IMG/VR virus record: IMGVR_UViG_3300032213_003144
Coordinates: 64,001-128,000 of that record
DNA: 64,000 nucleotides
Source: a virus
Strand: one strand, 5' to 3'
A model generated the notes under the pieces. The model worked only from the letters and a program-made list of their open reading frames with translations. It was not told the origin of the DNA and searched no databases. A program made the translations under genes and the position numbers. Below are positions 28,598 to 38,835 of the stretch, piece after piece (within the stretch, counting starts at the first letter, position 1; the number at the start of each line of letters is the position of its first letter).

Positions 28598-31500
28598 TAC
28601 GAACGCTCCTGCATTTTTCTCTGCTCGTCTTTGAGTTTCATCATCACCATGTTTGCAACCTGCTCTGGTGAGCCGTTTCCTCCACTTACGTTTATCGACA
28701 CCGTCATTGTGTTCGAGTTTGAGGAGCCACCAGAACCACCGGAAGTCATCCTCGACATTGATGGGACCGCTGTGTCCCCATATCCTGCACCAGGAACAAC
28801 ATGCAGGTGTCGGTCTGCAAGTGTTCCGTGGAATTCAGCAAAGCCACCATTGGCATGAACTAGACGTTGATACTGACCAAGGTTTTGTCCTATTAGGTCG
28901 TATGCCTTTCCTGTTACGTGGTCGGAGTTTATTGAACCAAGTGCGGTATTCCTCCACGCCGATGTAATGGTTCTCTTGCCAGTTAGTTGCGAGTTCATTG
29001 CTCCATGGCGGGCCATTGTTTGGGATAGACGGCTTGATGTTGTGTCTCCACGTGGGGTTGATGTGTCGGTGGACTTGTACCAATCTGGTTTCTGGTCCCA
29101 CCATTCTGGTTTGTCGCTTTTCCCTGTGAAGAATCCCTTTGTCGCATCGGTGAACTGTTTGACTCCAGCTTTAAATTCATCGCTGGCATCACTCATTCTG
29201 TTGGCTACTTCATCGAGGTCCTTTGCACCACCATCACCAGTTAAATCTTCAAGTGCTGTTGTTGTCAATCCGCCAAGTCCAGCTTGATTTAAGGCGAAGC
29301 TCAAGGCGTTGCCCTTATCTTGATTTCCTGTAGCTGAAAAGTCAAGTTCCCCAGCTTGCATTTTTCGCAAGAAATCAGCAAACTTTGTTGGGTCTTCCTT
29401 CGACATTGTCGTAAGTCGTTCTTTAATCTGTCCAGCATCTCCAGAGAAACCAGCTTCAGTTAATAGACCTGAAACCTGGGTGGTTGCTGTTCCAAGAACT
29501 TCCTTGCTCATGGTTGCCATTTGTTTTTTGAGTATTTCATTTGAAAGAACGTCTTTACCCATTCCCTCAAACGTCGCACCCTTAGCAAAGGCACCTCCTT
29601 CTTCACCTTGACCAAATAGATTTTGTGTTGAAAGGTATGCCTCGATGGGGTCGTTACCAGATGCAGCAAGTGCTTGAGTAAAGTAGCTTTCAAAATAATC
29701 ATTAGTTGCTTGTGTCTTTTCCTCACCACCAAGACCGCCTGAAAGCATTTGGTCTCTGAATCCTTGGGAGGACTGGTTAATTGTCTTCTGTGCTTCCTGC
29801 TGTGTGCGTGCTTTTGTAAACAAGTTTGAACCAGCAAGGAATATGTCCGTAAAAGCTTGCTTCATTTGGTCTGCCGATTTGCCCGCAGCCAGTCCCATAC
29901 CCTTAAGTGCATCAGTAAATTTAATTGTTGTGTCGTAGAGGTTGAACCCCAATTCGTGGGCCATCTTTTCAAGCTCCGGAATTGACTTTCCTGACATTTT
30001 TACAAACTGGTCAAGACGGTTTGTTATAACTCTGTCCTGCATTTGATAAGCACTTGTCTCACCTTTTGAAACAGTTCCGGCTGCATTTAATGCAGCCTGT
30101 ACGGCTCCGTCATTCTTAAACATGTCCTTGCGTTCTTTTTCTGTTGTAACAACACCCATTTTTTCTTGATTATTTAGTACCTGCTCCAAAAGCGCTTTAT
30201 TGGATGCAATATCCCCAACAGTTCCACCAGTTTTTACCTTGCCAGTAACCATTGCTTTTATGTTCGCTGCTTTTGATAAATAACCTGCTCCAATACCCTC
30301 GAATGAACCTCTATCCTTCATCGTCGATGTGTCGTACCCTGATTCTTGCAATGCCTTGAGGTTGTCTTGGCTTCTAAAGAATTTTCCTGCACCTTGCTTA
30401 ACAACAGAAGAGAAAACTTCAGCCATGTTGTTCTTCATGGCTTCTTTTGCTTTCTTGGCTTCTTCTTTTCCTTTGTTAATCATTCCTTTGAACGCACCAG
30501 CAAGTCCGCCGATTACTGCTCCAGCAAGAGCTCCGTATGGTCCAAGATATGAACCAAGTGCAGCGCCACCAGCTGCTCCGGCCATTGCTCCAGCACCAGC
30601 GCTCTTTGCGTTCCACGCCCCACCAAGTCCTGCTACAGCAAGACCTGCTCTAGCATCAAACTGAGAAACCATGCCACCAAGAGCCATCGCTCCTTGCATT
30701 TCTTCTGGTGCGTACTGGCTGGCTAACCCAAGACCCATACTCGCACCCATCTTGCCGCCCATGCTCTTTCCAAATTTATTTGATGCAGCGCCAAATTTTG
30801 TTTCGTTACGATTAATTCTATTCAAGTCTCTAGCAAGATTTATTCTTTCAATCTTTCTAGCCATGAATCCAGTTCTTCCAGTTCCACCATCAGCAACCGA
30901 CATTTGCGAATGTTTGTAACGAGAGATTGCACTATCGCGTAGTTCTCCGGCATTTACATAACCACCAATTGTTGCCTGCTTAACATCTCGCAGTTCTAAA
31001 GGTGTTTTTCCTTTGTACTTTGATGGGTCACTAACTGTCTTACCAGTTTTTGGATTGTAGTGTTCCTGTCTTACGCTCCCGTCGGAGTTGTACATAAGTG
31101 TTTCTGACTGCATATTCGGGTCATATCTACCCTGCAGTCCGTGCGCCATCAAACCAGCCCCAGCGCCATACGCTTTAAGTCCAGCTCCAGTAACTCTGTC
31201 TGTTACTGCTTGACCAAAGTCTCTTAGTGCAGAGCCTCTAACATCTCTAAAACTTGTTCCCTCGGCAGCGGCCAGGCGGGCTGCCCTTGCTCTTCTTACG
31301 GCAGATGTGCCAGAACCAGGTGCACCCTTTGGGATTATTGCTGCAGCAGCATCTCTTCTTTCTCTCGCAACTGCGGCGTTATACGCACGGTCTTCGGCAT
31401 TCTTCTCTCTTTGTGCGTGTCTTTCGCTATACCATGACCCAGCAGCCTGGTCCATGGTGAGGGCTTTACCCATGCCCATTGCTCCGCGCATCGAGTAATT

Positions 31501-33543
31501 ATTGAATGGGTCAAGAGAAACCGCACCACCACCTCTGAATGCGCTAAGAGCTTTTTGGTCATAGGCCTCACCGCTTATGTTCCCCTTATTGAAACTGTTT
31601 CTTCTTGCCGTATGGCTCATGTCTGTGACATGTCCTGCTGTTCTGACTGTCCCATCTGCGTTATAGGTTCTCCCATTAGATATTCCTACTATCCCGCGTT
31701 GACCCATAAATGAAGTATTTCTCTGCGCCCCTAGCATGTATCCAGCCCCTACGGCACTAGCAGAACCAGCTCTGGCCCCAGACGCAAGTGATGGACCTCC
31801 TGGCCCAACTACAGCACCTCTGCCACCAGGCCCAACAGGACCTGGGACCCTTCCACCGCCAGCTCCAGGAACCGGGCTACCACCAATGCTTACCGTTCCT
31901 GCTGTTACGTTCATTTGCTGGGTTTTTAGTCTTCCGGCTTCTGGTGCCATTCTTCCACTAACTTTCCCCATGGTTCGCCCAGCAAGACTAAAAGCAAGAA
32001 GTGGGGCGAGAGTTGTCATTAGGCCTTTACCTAATCCACCTGTGAGCATCTTCGTCATCATCCCGAATATCTGTGCAACCATATTCATTATCTTCGTAAG
32101 GAATGGAAGAAGGTCAAAAAATCCTTTCTTAAGATTCATAAACAATTCTGAACCTTTTGAAATCATTCCAGCAAGAGCCTCACCAAAGGCGCTTACTTCT
32201 CCTTCGTTTTTTATTAATAAATCATTAAACAGCCATAAATTGCTAGCACCACCCTGAAGAGCTTTACCTATTGGCTTAAATGCTTTTTCCAGAACTCTTG
32301 CACCATCCTGAAGTGGTCGCATGTAGTCATTAACGCGTTTCCAGCCTTGCTTGAAATCTTTCATCCAACTGCCCATACGTTCGAACATACCGGTAGCTTT
32401 CGGTAAGAATTCCCGAATCGTCTTTACCATCCAGTTGCTTACGGAATCAACAGCATTGACCATGCCGTCGGTAATTGTTTCGAACCCCATTGACTGACCA
32501 ATTGTTGCACTTATTCGCTGAAGGTCTCTTTTGATTACCTTAAATACGCCCTCAAAAGCACCTTTTGTTGGTTCAAGGAACTGGTCTCCAAAGTCGGCAA
32601 ATTCAGTTTTTAACTGAGTCATGTATGACTTAAGTCGACCAATCAGTGTGTTATTTATTGCATCGAATTGCCCTGCCACTCCACCTTTTTCAGCAAAAAG
32701 ACCAGAAAACAGGGCATCCTTAAAGCCAGCTTTTGTTTGTGTGAACTTTGATTCCTTCAATGCTTTTTGCATCTCTGGTCCTAGTTTGTTCGCTTCGGCT
32801 TTTACATCCGCAAGACTTTTCTTCTGGTCATTGAGTGCAGCGACAACAGCTGCAACTTGCTCGATTGCCTTCTGTGGGTCTTGCCCAGCGGAACCAAAGT
32901 CCATCAATGCTTTTAAAGTTTTATTGCTTGCGTTTATCTGTGTCGAACTCATTGTTTTCGACATAACGGCATATGCTTTATTTAGACCATCAACACCAAG
33001 AATTGCCAGGTCTGCATCAGCCTGTAAGTTGCGCATTGCCATTCTGGTCTGATTCATTGCTGAACCGAACTGTTGTGCGCCCTTGCCTCTGTAGGCGTAC
33101 ATTGCTGCCTGTTGTTCGCGCATCGCTGCGGCCGCAGCTCCAAGTGCCATGGTTAGCGCTGCAGCACCTCCGGCAATTAACTGCATTGCCCCACCGTATG
33201 CCTTCATCAGGAATCTTCCCGAAGCAAAAAGTGCGTGAGTTGCAAGCATGGTTGCGCCGAGAAGACCCATTTCCAGAACAACGCCTTTAATGGCCATACC
33301 CAGGAACTTGGTCATTCCTTTCCCGGTCATTTTGACCATGGAATCTATTTGGTCAAAACTTTTTTTCCATTTTCTTGATGTATTCTGAAAGCTTAGAGAC
33401 GACCTGGCCATCTGTGCGCCGAGGTCACGACTACCCAGTTTCTTGGCTGCTCTATCAAGAGCAAGTAATTCGAGGCGTGCTTTTACAAGTTCTTTAGTCT
33501 TGGCATCAAATGAAATTTTGATTTTTACAAGCTCGTCTGCCAT
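28597..33543 (-). CDS. Tape measure protein with C-terminal M15-like peptidase domain
   Basis: 1648 aa, Ala/Gly/Met-rich helical; follows the chaperone; C-terminal ITSAWR..SDHVTGKAYD..HLH. Confidence 0.85.
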   Translation of the reverse strand: MADELVKIKISFDAKTKELVKARLELLALDRAAKKLGSRDLGAQMARSSLSFQNTSRKWKKSFDQIDSMVKMTGKGMTKFLGMAIKGVVLEMGLLGATMLATHALFASGRFLMKAYGGAMQLIAGGAAALTMALGAAAAAMREQQAAMYAYRGKGAQQFGSAMNQTRMAMRNLQADADLAILGVDGLNKAYAVMSKTMSSTQINASNKTLKALMDFGSAGQDPQKAIEQVAAVVAALNDQKKSLADVKAEANKLGPEMQKALKESKFTQTKAGFKDALFSGLFAEKGGVAGQFDAINNTLIGRLKSYMTQLKTEFADFGDQFLEPTKGAFEGVFKVIKRDLQRISATIGQSMGFETITDGMVNAVDSVSNWMVKTIREFLPKATGMFERMGSWMKDFKQGWKRVNDYMRPLQDGARVLEKAFKPIGKALQGGASNLWLFNDLLIKNEGEVSAFGEALAGMISKGSELFMNLKKGFFDLLPFLTKIMNMVAQIFGMMTKMLTGGLGKGLMTTLAPLLAFSLAGRTMGKVSGRMAPEAGRLKTQQMNVTAGTVSIGGSPVPGAGGGRVPGPVGPGGRGAVVGPGGPSLASGARAGSASAVGAGYMLGAQRNTSFMGQRGIVGISNGRTYNADGTVRTAGHVTDMSHTARRNSFNKGNISGEAYDQKALSAFRGGGAVSLDPFNNYSMRGAMGMGKALTMDQAAGSWYSERHAQREKNAEDRAYNAAVARERRDAAAAIIPKGAPGSGTSAVRRARAARLAAAEGTSFRDVRGSALRDFGQAVTDRVTGAGLKAYGAGAGLMAHGLQGRYDPNMQSETLMYNSDGSVRQEHYNPKTGKTVSDPSKYKGKTPLELRDVKQATIGGYVNAGELRDSAISRYKHSQMSVADGGTGRTGFMARKIERINLARDLNRINRNETKFGAASNKFGKSMGGKMGASMGLGLASQYAPEEMQGAMALGGMVSQFDARAGLAVAGLGGAWNAKSAGAGAMAGAAGGAALGSYLGPYGALAGAVIGGLAGAFKGMINKGKEEAKKAKEAMKNNMAEVFSSVVKQGAGKFFRSQDNLKALQESGYDTSTMKDRGSFEGIGAGYLSKAANIKAMVTGKVKTGGTVGDIASNKALLEQVLNNQEKMGVVTTEKERKDMFKNDGAVQAALNAAGTVSKGETSAYQMQDRVITNRLDQFVKMSGKSIPELEKMAHELGFNLYDTTIKFTDALKGMGLAAGKSADQMKQAFTDIFLAGSNLFTKARTQQEAQKTINQSSQGFRDQMLSGGLGGEEKTQATNDYFESYFTQALAASGNDPIEAYLSTQNLFGQGEEGGAFAKGATFEGMGKDVLSNEILKKQMATMSKEVLGTATTQVSGLLTEAGFSGDAGQIKERLTTMSKEDPTKFADFLRKMQAGELDFSATGNQDKGNALSFALNQAGLGGLTTTALEDLTGDGGAKDLDEVANRMSDASDEFKAGVKQFTDATKGFFTGKSDKPEWWDQKPDWYKSTDTSTPRGDTTSSRLSQTMARHGAMNSQLTGKRTITSAWRNTALGSINSDHVTGKAYDLIGQNLGQYQRLVHANGGFAEFHGTLADRHLHVVPGAGYGDTAVPSMSRMTSGGSGGSSNSNTMTVSINVSGGNGSPEQVANMVMMKLKDEQRKMQERS

Positions 33544-33618
33544 GGCTCTTTACCACTTCATAGTGTGATTTTTAAGTCACGTGAGTGTAAAAAGCGCCGG
33601 AGCTATGCGGACATTCGG

Positions 33619-33816
33619 TTATGCCTGCTGAGTCTTCGACTTGCGCTCTTGCTCTTCGCGGTCGTTGGATATTACTTTAGCACATGACATGAGCAGTAGC
33701 CAGTCAACATCGTCCCTATCGAGGAGGTCTAACGGGTTTTGCCCGAATAACTCTCCAAGTCTTGCTGCTGATTGGATTATGGAATCTTTGACTAGCTCGT
33801 CGAAGACTCCTTCGTA
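33619..33816 (-). CDS. Tail assembly chaperone frameshift extension (gpT-like), -1 frame
   Basis: 65-codon open frame YEGVFDELVKDS...KTQQA overlapping the chaperone 3' end, with no early ATG. Confidence 0.6.
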   Translation of the reverse strand, partial: YEGVFDELVKDSIIQSAARLGELFGQNPLDLLDRDDVDWLLLMSCAKVISNDREEQERKSKTQQA

Positions 33817-34355
33817 GGGTCCGATGCTGACACCGTATCTGAGTATCCAGCAGCATCAAGGATTGCAAGAGCAGCTGATTCGATATGTGGGTCAACGCCG
33901 AACAGAGCTCTAACAGCGTCTGGAACAGGCTTAGTTGTCTCAGTCATTTCAAGAATAAATGGATGAGCAAAGTTCATGATGTTGCCATACTCATCGAATA
34001 CTTCTTCATCATCTACATAAATGCCAATTGTTGTATGACCAATTACCATGCAAGCAAACTTTGTTGCATCAAGGCCATTGCGTGAATCTTCACCACACTG
34101 CTTGCGCCAGTTCTTCATCTGTGTCTGAGTGATGTTTGGGCTCACCTTGACGCTGAGACCTGGTCGTTCTGGGACTTCAATAAGAACAGGGTTTCTCTCA
34201 ACCTTGCGCTTAACAAGAGTACGTAGCTTGTTTAGCTGAGTCTCTTCTGGGACAGAGGCAATAGTCGAGCTAGCTGCCGAAGTATCCTTCAGGGCTGCTC
34301 TCTTTTGCTTCTGACTGTCTGAATCTTCTGTTGTGTAAAGTGTGTTGTCGCTCAT
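33792..34355 (-). CDS. Tail assembly chaperone (gpG-like)
   Basis: Between tube and tape measure; ends in DPT motif. Confidence 0.7.
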   Translation of the reverse strand: MSDNTLYTTEDSDSQKQKRAALKDTSAASSTIASVPEETQLNKLRTLVKRKVERNPVLIEVPERPGLSVKVSPNITQTQMKNWRKQCGEDSRNGLDATKFACMVIGHTTIGIYVDDEEVFDEYGNIMNFAHPFILEMTETTKPVPDAVRALFGVDPHIESAALAILDAAGYSDTVSASDPTKESSTS

Positions 34356-34406
34356 GTCCTGAAAACTACCACACCTTTATCCGCCGTAGCGGAAGTACCC
34401 TTTCAA

Positions 34407-34910
34407 CTATCTAAGGGTTGAAGTGACGTCAGATATGGCGAATGTGAGGGCGAATGTCGCTGGGGCACCGGATGATGAGTCACCATCTGGCTCTGTGATG
34501 CCAACCAAAAGGGCATCATAGTAGTAGCGGTCGTTCGTTGGGTCCTTGATGTCGCAGTCGAAAACTGAGATTACGATGTTGTAGTAGGCAATACCTACGT
34601 ACTTACGCAAACCCTGAAGCTTTGCTCCGATACCAGCAGCCGTCTCGGCACTCACCATGTCATCGTCATAGTGGGCTGTGAGCGTGATGTCGCCAATTTC
34701 CGAAGGAGCGCAAAGAACTGTCGGGCGTGACTTTCCACCTTCGTAGATTTTCTCTACAGAAGCCGTTATTTCGCCACCAGACACCTGGGCGAACTTAAAA
34801 CCAGTCCACTTAGGGAGGTTCGCCTGGACGTTTGTTTGCTGCTTGGCGTTGCTCGCAAAGTTACTTGGGAAAATCTCCGCAAGTACTTGTCTCTGTGCAA
34901 TTTTTGCCAT
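34407..34910 (-). CDS. Tail tube protein
   Basis: FAQVSGG, YEGG, DITLT, EPDGDS.S; directly downstream of sheath; GGAGG RBS. Confidence 0.8.
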   Translation of the reverse strand: MAKIAQRQVLAEIFPSNFASNAKQQTNVQANLPKWTGFKFAQVSGGEITASVEKIYEGGKSRPTVLCAPSEIGDITLTAHYDDDMVSAETAAGIGAKLQGLRKYVGIAYYNIVISVFDCDIKDPTNDRYYYDALLVGITEPDGDSSSGAPATFALTFAISDVTSTLR

Positions 34911-34924
34911 TTCCTATTCCTCCG

Positions 34925-36385
34925 TTATACGACTGTTGAAGTCAGGTTTGATTTGACGATGTCAATTTCAATCTTGTCACCGACGCTTGATACTCTTACG
35001 CCGACTCTTGCTTTGACAAGACCTGTTTGAAGCTGTGCAGCTGGGTTGATTCCGGAATCACACTTAACTGTGTACCCGTTGTCAAGCTGCTTGCCGTTTG
35101 CATCGAATGCTGGGTAGAGAGCACCAAGGTCTCTCATTCCTGCAAGGATTACAACGAGTCTTGCTTCAATGTTTGCAAATATCGTGTTTCTTCCGTCGAT
35201 TGTTGAGAACACAAGGTCCTCAAGCGAACGGTAGCACTCTGTAACAATTGTGTTAACAACATCTTGCTGTGTGATATAGCGGAAGTTGTCACTGTCTGAT
35301 GACAATGAGCGAGCTCCATAGATTCTCACAGTGTTCTGGATTACACGGATTGCGTTGACGTAATTTTCGTCAAGGTCATCTCCAGTGCTCTTATCGATGT
35401 CTGTTGCTGCTCCTGATACAAACTTTGCTGTAGAAATCAAGCCAGCAGCTGGAAGCTGAGGACCTGTTTGGTTGTGGGCAACAGCTCTTTTTGCTGCAAC
35501 ATAGCCATCTGGCGGAATTGTTCTGGTTACACCAGCAATACCAGAAGGAACAGTAACCCATGGGTAGTAGAGGGCTGCATGCTCAGCGTTGTCTTCAGCT
35601 TGAAGGGCAAGTGCTGTTGCCTTTATATCTGCACTATTCGCACCTGCTGCACCATGAAGGATTGCAATTCTGCTGTAGTTATTTGCATGAGCAATAAGAC
35701 CTGCACGAAGTGCCACATCATCGTTTGAAATTTCTGGGCATGAGACAGCTCCAGTTCCAAGTGCGTCATTAAATACTGTCAACGTGGACAGATACTTAGC
35801 TGCGTTGACTTGGTTTTCGTAAGAGTTTCCTGCAGCGAGGGTCGTTGAAGTTATCGTTTTTGGAAGGGTGCTTGCTGAGTTCACTCCCGCAGATACGTAA
35901 CGCGAAGCTATCGAGCTTGAGTTAATTCGGCCAACCATTTGTGAAGATGTGGAACAGTTGCCCGTTGTATAAACAAGCGTACTCTCAAAGTACAGGTCAA
36001 GCTTGGCTGTTGTGGTGTTGTTCGTAACTACAACCGCTACATCTGAGCTCCATGCCCCAGGGCCGTTTGCGGTGAGTGTGATGCAGTTTACGTTTGCAGG
36101 ATTCAAGAGGGAAAGGTTGCCAACTGTTGCGCTGGCCCCTACCGCACGAGCAACATACGCCTGCGTGCCGCCCTCTTCAAAGAAGGTCTCCACAGTTGGG
36201 TGTAGATATGAATCTGAGCGGTAATCACCAAACATCGATTCAAACTCGGCGATGCTCTGTACGAGAACTGCTTCACCGCTTGGGCCTCTATTAGCAAGGC
36301 CAACGACGAATAGTTGTGATGATTCTCGGACCGTCGCTGTCGATGGGCCGGTTCTTACTGAAGTTGATATTACTACGCCAGGCAT
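34925..36385 (-). CDS. Tail sheath protein
   Basis: MPGV, G.A.RGP, FF.EGG...YV.R, A..PG.W, AALYYPWV, PP.G, VNAIR, IYGARSL. Confidence 0.92.
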   Translation of the reverse strand: MPGVVISTSVRTGPSTATVRESSQLFVVGLANRGPSGEAVLVQSIAEFESMFGDYRSDSYLHPTVETFFEEGGTQAYVARAVGASATVGNLSLLNPANVNCITLTANGPGAWSSDVAVVVTNNTTTAKLDLYFESTLVYTTGNCSTSSQMVGRINSSSIASRYVSAGVNSASTLPKTITSTTLAAGNSYENQVNAAKYLSTLTVFNDALGTGAVSCPEISNDDVALRAGLIAHANNYSRIAILHGAAGANSADIKATALALQAEDNAEHAALYYPWVTVPSGIAGVTRTIPPDGYVAAKRAVAHNQTGPQLPAAGLISTAKFVSGAATDIDKSTGDDLDENYVNAIRVIQNTVRIYGARSLSSDSDNFRYITQQDVVNTIVTECYRSLEDLVFSTIDGRNTIFANIEARLVVILAGMRDLGALYPAFDANGKQLDNGYTVKCDSGINPAAQLQTGLVKARVGVRVSSVGDKIEIDIVKSNLTSTVV

Positions 36386-36520
36386 AGGACCTTCCTATTA
36401 CTTCTCATTGAGGGTGGGATTCCCTTATGTGAGTCAATTGTACAGAGGCAAAGTGATTATTTTGTGCAACTATCACTGGAACCTCAAACAAGTGGCTTTA
36501 ATAAGAAAAACATTTATAAA

Positions 36521-37198
36521 TCATACACCAGGGCCGGTAACGATGACCTCACCATTGGCTCCAGTGAGAACTATTCTGTTATCAGTTGATGGAGTTTCAA
36601 GACCAGGAATGTCATTACCGGAGCTGACAGAAACAGTGTCAAACTCAATTTGCGACACTGCAGCATGGTCCTTGCGCATCACGACTTCATCTATCTGGAG
36701 TGTGTATGCAATATAGGAGCCTGCCATAACGCGCTCACCTTTGAGTAACGTTATATCTGAAAATTCCTCACGAATTGTTGATTCATCGATTACGGCACGA
36801 AAAGAAGTCCTTGAGTCATAAGCTCGTAGACACGGATAGTCAAGCAATGCGGAACGGACTATCGTCGTCATTCTGTCTCTCATTAATGTGCATTCCTCTG
36901 AACCCTCAGTCCTGACCCAGACGTATGTACGCATTGAATAGCTGACACGATATAACGGGTCGCCATTGTCAAATCCAATTCTTTCCATCTCATTTGTGGA
37001 GAGAACCGTAGTAATGAGTGACGGCCATCTATCAAGTGCTAATGGCTCATGGAGTATGTACTGCTCTGGCGGTGGTAGTTGTTGATTATCAAGAGCCCAA
37101 CCATTCTGATAGTCAACCAGGCGTGATGGAATATCCAACTGGAGATAGTCGTTCACATACTTTTTGGCGAAGTGGGCACCATTCATCAGGTTAATCAT
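36521..37198 (-). CDS. Tail completion/terminator protein
   Basis: Position between neck genes and sheath. Confidence 0.5.
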   Translation of the reverse strand: MINLMNGAHFAKKYVNDYLQLDIPSRLVDYQNGWALDNQQLPPPEQYILHEPLALDRWPSLITTVLSTNEMERIGFDNGDPLYRVSYSMRTYVWVRTEGSEECTLMRDRMTTIVRSALLDYPCLRAYDSRTSFRAVIDESTIREEFSDITLLKGERVMAGSYIAYTLQIDEVVMRKDHAAVSQIEFDTVSVSSGNDIPGLETPSTDNRIVLTGANGEVIVTGPGV

Positions 37199-37680
37199 GT
37201 GAGCTTGCTTCCTTGGATTATGTACTTTCTTGCAGCCTTGCCAACATCTCTGTCAAAGTCTCTCGGTGTAAAAAGTATTGGTCTTGCTGGCATATTTTCT
37301 GTTCCGTATTGATGAAACTTAGCAATCCTATTATTGACTGTTAGCGTTATGGACTGGTCGCTCGCTGCTCCACCAATAACATCAAGATGAGTTGCATCGA
37401 ATAATAATCCACCAGTTCTTACCAACATTGGAGTGGGCCAGTGTGTTGCCTTCCATGCTCCGTACTCAGGGGAGAGCGGTGGCCACGCTCCACCGAGCAT
37501 TGCTTTTGCAGACATAGAACCTTGTGATAAAAAATTCTCTTTAGTTGCATCTTCTAGTTTGTTTTTTGCCCACCTAAGAACAGGACCCATATCCCGTGTT
37601 CTGTCGCCCAAATCATCTAGTCGTTCTTTTGCTTCGTCAGAGTCGATTGAGACTCGTGTTACTACGCGTACTCGTGTCAC
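37195..37680 (-). CDS. Phage virion morphogenesis (neck) protein
   Basis: W.PLSP.Y, L..TG.L, A.FHQYGT..MPARP. Confidence 0.8.
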   Translation of the reverse strand: MTRVRVVTRVSIDSDEAKERLDDLGDRTRDMGPVLRWAKNKLEDATKENFLSQGSMSAKAMLGGAWPPLSPEYGAWKATHWPTPMLVRTGGLLFDATHLDVIGGAASDQSITLTVNNRIAKFHQYGTENMPARPILFTPRDFDRDVGKAARKYIIQGSKLT

Positions 37681-37682
37681 TA

Positions 37683-38327
37683 TTAAATCCGTGTTCTTTT
37701 ATATCTTCTCAAAGTTGAAAGTTCAGTATCCATGAATCCAGTCATCATCGGAGCAACATTTCTTGGATTTAGGTCTTTTACACCAACAACATCGTCATGC
37801 ATGTTTTGCATTTCACGAGTTGCCGCACGAAGAATCATCAGTTTGAAAACAGGGATACTTGCCCCATCTAAACCTGCAGTATAAGTAATCGTCATCAGGT
37901 CATCTGGGTACCCATAGTAGAAATCTATTCCATACGTTCTTGTTACATAGTCCTGTTCATTAACTAGGATTCTTTCTGTTCCTTGTGCTGGCTTAACTTT
38001 TACCTGAGTTATAGAAACTATTGGGGTATTCTTTAGGTATATGGCTGGAGGGGGAGCGGCGTACGTCGTGTTATTGACCACGTTATCGACGAACGTATCG
38101 CTGTAGTTGTTGTCCGTAATCGACAGGAATGATGACATCGGTACACCGTAATGACCAGCGTCCAGGCGATGCTCCTCAACAAACTGAGTTGGCTCTATAG
38201 GTCGGCGAAGAAAAGCTTCTAGTTCGCTTTGGAGCCCTTCTAGAATCATTTCGCACGCGTCTATCTGGCGGTTAGTCAAGGATATATCCATGTAGACCTT
38301 AAGGTCATTTACCGTAACAAGTGCCAT
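37683..38327 (-). CDS. Head-tail adaptor protein
   Basis: LVT..DLK.Y, ITYTAG, L..L.RY pattern. Confidence 0.7.
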   Translation of the reverse strand: MALVTVNDLKVYMDISLTNRQIDACEMILEGLQSELEAFLRRPIEPTQFVEEHRLDAGHYGVPMSSFLSITDNNYSDTFVDNVVNNTTYAAPPPAIYLKNTPIVSITQVKVKPAQGTERILVNEQDYVTRTYGIDFYYGYPDDLMTITYTAGLDGASIPVFKLMILRAATREMQNMHDDVVGVKDLNPRNVAPMMTGFMDTELSTLRRYKRTRI

Positions 38328-38411
38328 GTCATCCTCGGGTCAAAAGTTATTGGGACTCTTTATAGTCCATAATTTTAACATTTTTTACCTATTTTTGAGG
38401 TCAATGATTGA

Positions 38412-38440
38412 TTGACCAACCACTTAGATGCTGGTAGTGT
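38412..38440 (+). promoter_or_regulatory. Sigma70/SigA-type promoter for a leaderless mRNA
   Basis: TTGACC (38412-17), 17 nt spacer, TGg-TAGTGT (38435-40), 6 nt, ATG 38447. Confidence 0.7.
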
Positions 38441-38446
38441 ACGGAA

Positions 38447-38833
38447 ATGGCCAAACCGAGCAAAACAGAAACAAAAGAGGATGTAGTAAATATCCTCAAT
38501 CATGTCACTGAAACCCTATTTTTCTTTTTTGAAGATAACGAGGAAGACATTGAAGAAGACGATGAGGCTCTTGATGAGTTTACTGACTTCATGTGGGTGA
38601 TTGCCAATGTAGCCATGGGTGCAGCGGGTATGACTATTACTGGAAGAAACCCAGACGGGACAATCAATGCGGTATTCAATCCAGTTAAAAGCGTTAAAAA
38701 GTTCCTACAAGAGGAATACACCGGAGATGACACCGATAGATACTTCGAGGATATGGTTACCGTTAATGACGACCCATCCGAAATGGACCTAGGGGACTTC
38801 GACGAATTATTTACTGGAGAAAAGAAGAAGTAA
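38447..38833 (+). CDS. Highly acidic hypothetical protein
   Basis: Asp/Glu-rich; has its own promoter. Confidence 0.65.
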   Translation: MAKPSKTETKEDVVNILNHVTETLFFFFEDNEEDIEEDDEALDEFTDFMWVIANVAMGAAGMTITGRNPDGTINAVFNPVKSVKKFLQEEYTGDDTDRYFEDMVTVNDDPSEMDLGDFDELFTGEKKK

Positions 38834-38835
38834 AA

